From positions 1-19,798 of the forward strand of contig JBDRNT010000064.1 of the NCBI GenBank assembly GCA_043810925.1: DNA of 19,798 bases. Reading direction: 5' to 3'. The translations under genes and the position numbers were made by a program. This document shows positions 17,906 to 19,798 of this stretch, in pieces. The notes beneath the pieces are model-generated. The model saw nothing but the letters and a program-made list of their open reading frames with translations, ran no database searches and was not told the DNA's origin. How positions within the stretch are numbered: the stretch's first letter is position 1; the number at the start of each line of letters is the position of its first letter. Source of the stretch: Candidatus Eiseniibacteriota bacterium. GTDB taxonomy: Bacteria > Arandabacterota > Arandabacteria > Arandabacterales > Arandabacteraceae.

Positions 17906-19250
17906 GTGCGCTGGGCTAAGTCAGCGCCATCTTGCGGGTGAGAGTCCCGCCCAGCCAAAGCATAGCGGGCAGGCTGGTAGCGAGTCTTGCGGGTGCCCAT
18001 GGTAACGTGGGTGTCCGAAGCGTAGACAGCAGCTGCATGGGGTATGTGGTTGAGCCACGAAATTGAATGCGTCGCGGAGGCCGAGACTGTGCTGGTAAGC
18101 GAAGGCAACATGAGTGATGCCGCTATCGCGAGGCACCACCGCTCCGCCGGGGTCGAAGAGCATATCACGTGCAGAAGGAAGGCGCTGGAACCCAGGAAGC
18201 CCCACCGGGTCCTCCAGATGGTCACTGGAGGGAGTACAGAGCAAGGGGAGACCGGAGCTCTGTGCTATACCGGATTGGGGTGGCGGACCGAGGTGTAGTA
18301 CTGATGATACCGTCGAAGGCAACGAGACGCGAGGAGGGAAGACCTCGGCCAGAGAGGAGCTCGGTTGAGAGGGCGCGGGTCCGGACGCAGAGCCGGGTAG
18401 CCTGTCCAGCCCATCTCGGCCGGGTGAACGAGGCGGCGCGGCGATCGCGCCGGACTCGGTTCACCGCATTATTGCATCATGTAGACGTCGAAGCGTTGAG
18501 ACGTGCCTACAGGCGTCAGCGTAAGAGAGCCAGCCCAGGAGTCGATGGCGTTACGGTGGAGGAATACGGTCAAGGTCTGGAGCGAAATCTCCAGGATCTC
18601 TGCGACCGTGTACACAGCGGGCGATATCGGCCACAGCCGGTACGCCGGGTGTATATTCCCAAGCCAGATGGAGGAGAGCGTCCCCTTGGTGTTCCTGCGC
18701 TTGAGGACAAGATTGTCCAGGGCGCGGTAGCCGAGGTGTTGAGCGCTGTCTATGAGGTCGACTTCCAGGGCTTCTCCTATGGCTTTCGCCCGGGGCGCAG
18801 TGCTCATGGGGCTTTGGACGCGCTTCAGACAGCTATCATGACGCAGAAGGTGGATTGGGTGCTCGATGCGGACATCCGCAGCTTCTTCGACTCGGTGGAC
18901 CACGAGTGGTTATTGCGGATGGTCTCGCACCGGATCGCTGATTGGAGAATCCTGCGCCTGATAAGGCAATGGCTCCGGGCAGGGATTCTGGAGAGCGGCG
19001 AGTGGAGGGAGGTGGATGCAGGGACGCCTCAAGGGGCGGGCATAAGCCCGCTACTCGCTAATATTTATCTGCACTACGTCTTTGATTTGTGGGTCAAGCT
19101 GTGGCGGCGGACAGAAGCAAACGGGCAGGTAATTGTGGTCCGCTACGCTGATGACTTCGTACTGGGTTTCCGGTATGAGGCCGACGGACATCGCTTCCTA
19201 TCTTGTCTCAAAGAGCGGCTCTTGAAGTTCGGACTTCGGCTGCATGAGGA
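17906..19250 (+). mobile_element. Group II intron, 5' part (domains I-IV), interrupted at 19251
   Basis: Starts GTGCG. Contains GGGTGAGAGTCCC, CGAAGCGTAGACAGC, GCCGA...GAAGGCAAC around the EBS1 loop, GGAACCCAGGAAG (18187) and GTAGTAC (18295-18301). The RT ORF follows. Domains V/VI are not in the window. Confidence 0.9.
18304..19250 (+). pseudogene. ltrA: Group II intron reverse transcriptase/maturase, truncated by IS insertion
   Basis: FTALLHH, SPGVDG, RRVYIPK..G.RPLG.P..EDKIVQ, SYGFRPGR, DADIRSFFD, GTPQG..ISPLLANIYL and YADD. Native sequence stops at GLRLHED, before the thumb/X domain, and the frame reads on into the IS to 19398. Start uncertain. Confidence 0.9.
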
Positions 19251-19798
19251 TGACCTGCCCCCAATAACGGTACCACTTAGCTATACAGTTTTTCAAGCAC
19301 CGGAGCTGTTCGAAGCGCCCCGATCTTTGCCTTCATCACCGGCCAGGACCACGTCTCCGGTGCCGGCGGTCGATACCCCAGTGAACTGTGCGGCCTGATC
19401 GCATTGTACTCCCGCCTCCACTGCTCAAGAAGCACCTGAGCCTCCCACAAGGTGTCGAAGAGCTCACCATTTAGTAACTCATCCCGTAACTTCCCGTGAA
19501 AACTTTCCACGTATCCGTTCTCCCAGGGACTACCCGGCTCTATGTACAGTGGTTTCACCTCAAGCGTCTCAAGCCAACTCTTCACTACCTTCGCTGTCAG
19601 TTCAGGGCCATTGTCACTACGTATATGCTCCGGCACACCACGCCTCATGAACAGATCATCCAATACCTCAAGGACTTCTTCTGACGTAAGACTCCTCTCT
19701 GCCCTCAATGCCAGGGACTCACGAGTAAATTCATCGAGCACCGTCAAGATCTTCACCGCTCGACCATCTCGGGTCCGATCGAAAATGAAGTCGTAACT
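19251..19798 (-). mobile_element. IS3-family insertion sequence (IS407-group-like), right part
   Basis: End sequence TGACCTGCCCCCAATAACGGTACCA begins exactly where RT homology stops. OrfB follows. Confidence 0.92.
19277..19798 (-). CDS. IS3-family transposase OrfB (DDE integrase core), 5'-partial
   Basis: SYDFIFDRTRDGR, DEFTRE, IRSDNGPE, PGSPWENGYVESFHGKLRDE and YNAIRPHSSLGY. The frame is open to the window edge. Confidence 0.93.
   Translation of the reverse strand, partial: SYDFIFDRTRDGRAVKILTVLDEFTRESLALRAERSLTSEEVLEVLDDLFMRRGVPEHIRSDNGPELTAKVVKSWLETLEVKPLYIEPGSPWENGYVESFHGKLRDELLNGELFDTLWEAQVLLEQWRREYNAIRPHSSLGYRPPAPETWSWPVMKAKIGALRTAPVLEKLYS

Noticed and set aside
17973-17978. Second GCTGGT as the intron EBS1
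   Set aside because: It overlaps the conserved GGTAGCGAG structural segment; the 18091 copy is in the expected loop.
18169-19398. RT as a novel 409-aa retron, DGR or defence RT with a unique C-terminus
   Set aside because: Group II intron RNA motifs precede it, and the odd tail is read-through into the IS3 end.

Overview
GC-rich bacterial window. A FlgD-Ig/T9SS-like C-terminal domain and a membrane Ser/Thr kinase with TPRs suggest an FCB-related lineage (inference only). The left edge holds the 5' end of an IS110-family transposase that the ORF track misses, with a structured non-coding end sitting in a REP-like TGACCCC inverted-repeat cluster. Next come a long SppA (S49) with a beta-rich N-terminal domain, a truncated-looking TPR gene, mscS, a TRAM-less MiaB/RimO-like radical SAM gene, a Sat-like GNAT, an fusA copy outside the str operon, a small hypothetical gene, a Ser/Thr kinase-TPR gene and a secreted GH119/GH57-type glycoside hydrolase. 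The last ~4.2 kb is accessory: an orphan IS3 end, a 187-bp fold-back MITE, a stand-alone SEFIR/TIR gene with four CxxC motifs, a transposase N-terminal remnant, and a group II intron with a visible EBS1-IBS1 match whose RT is cut by an IS3-family element running off the window. All family calls come from motif recognition by eye; no searches were run.
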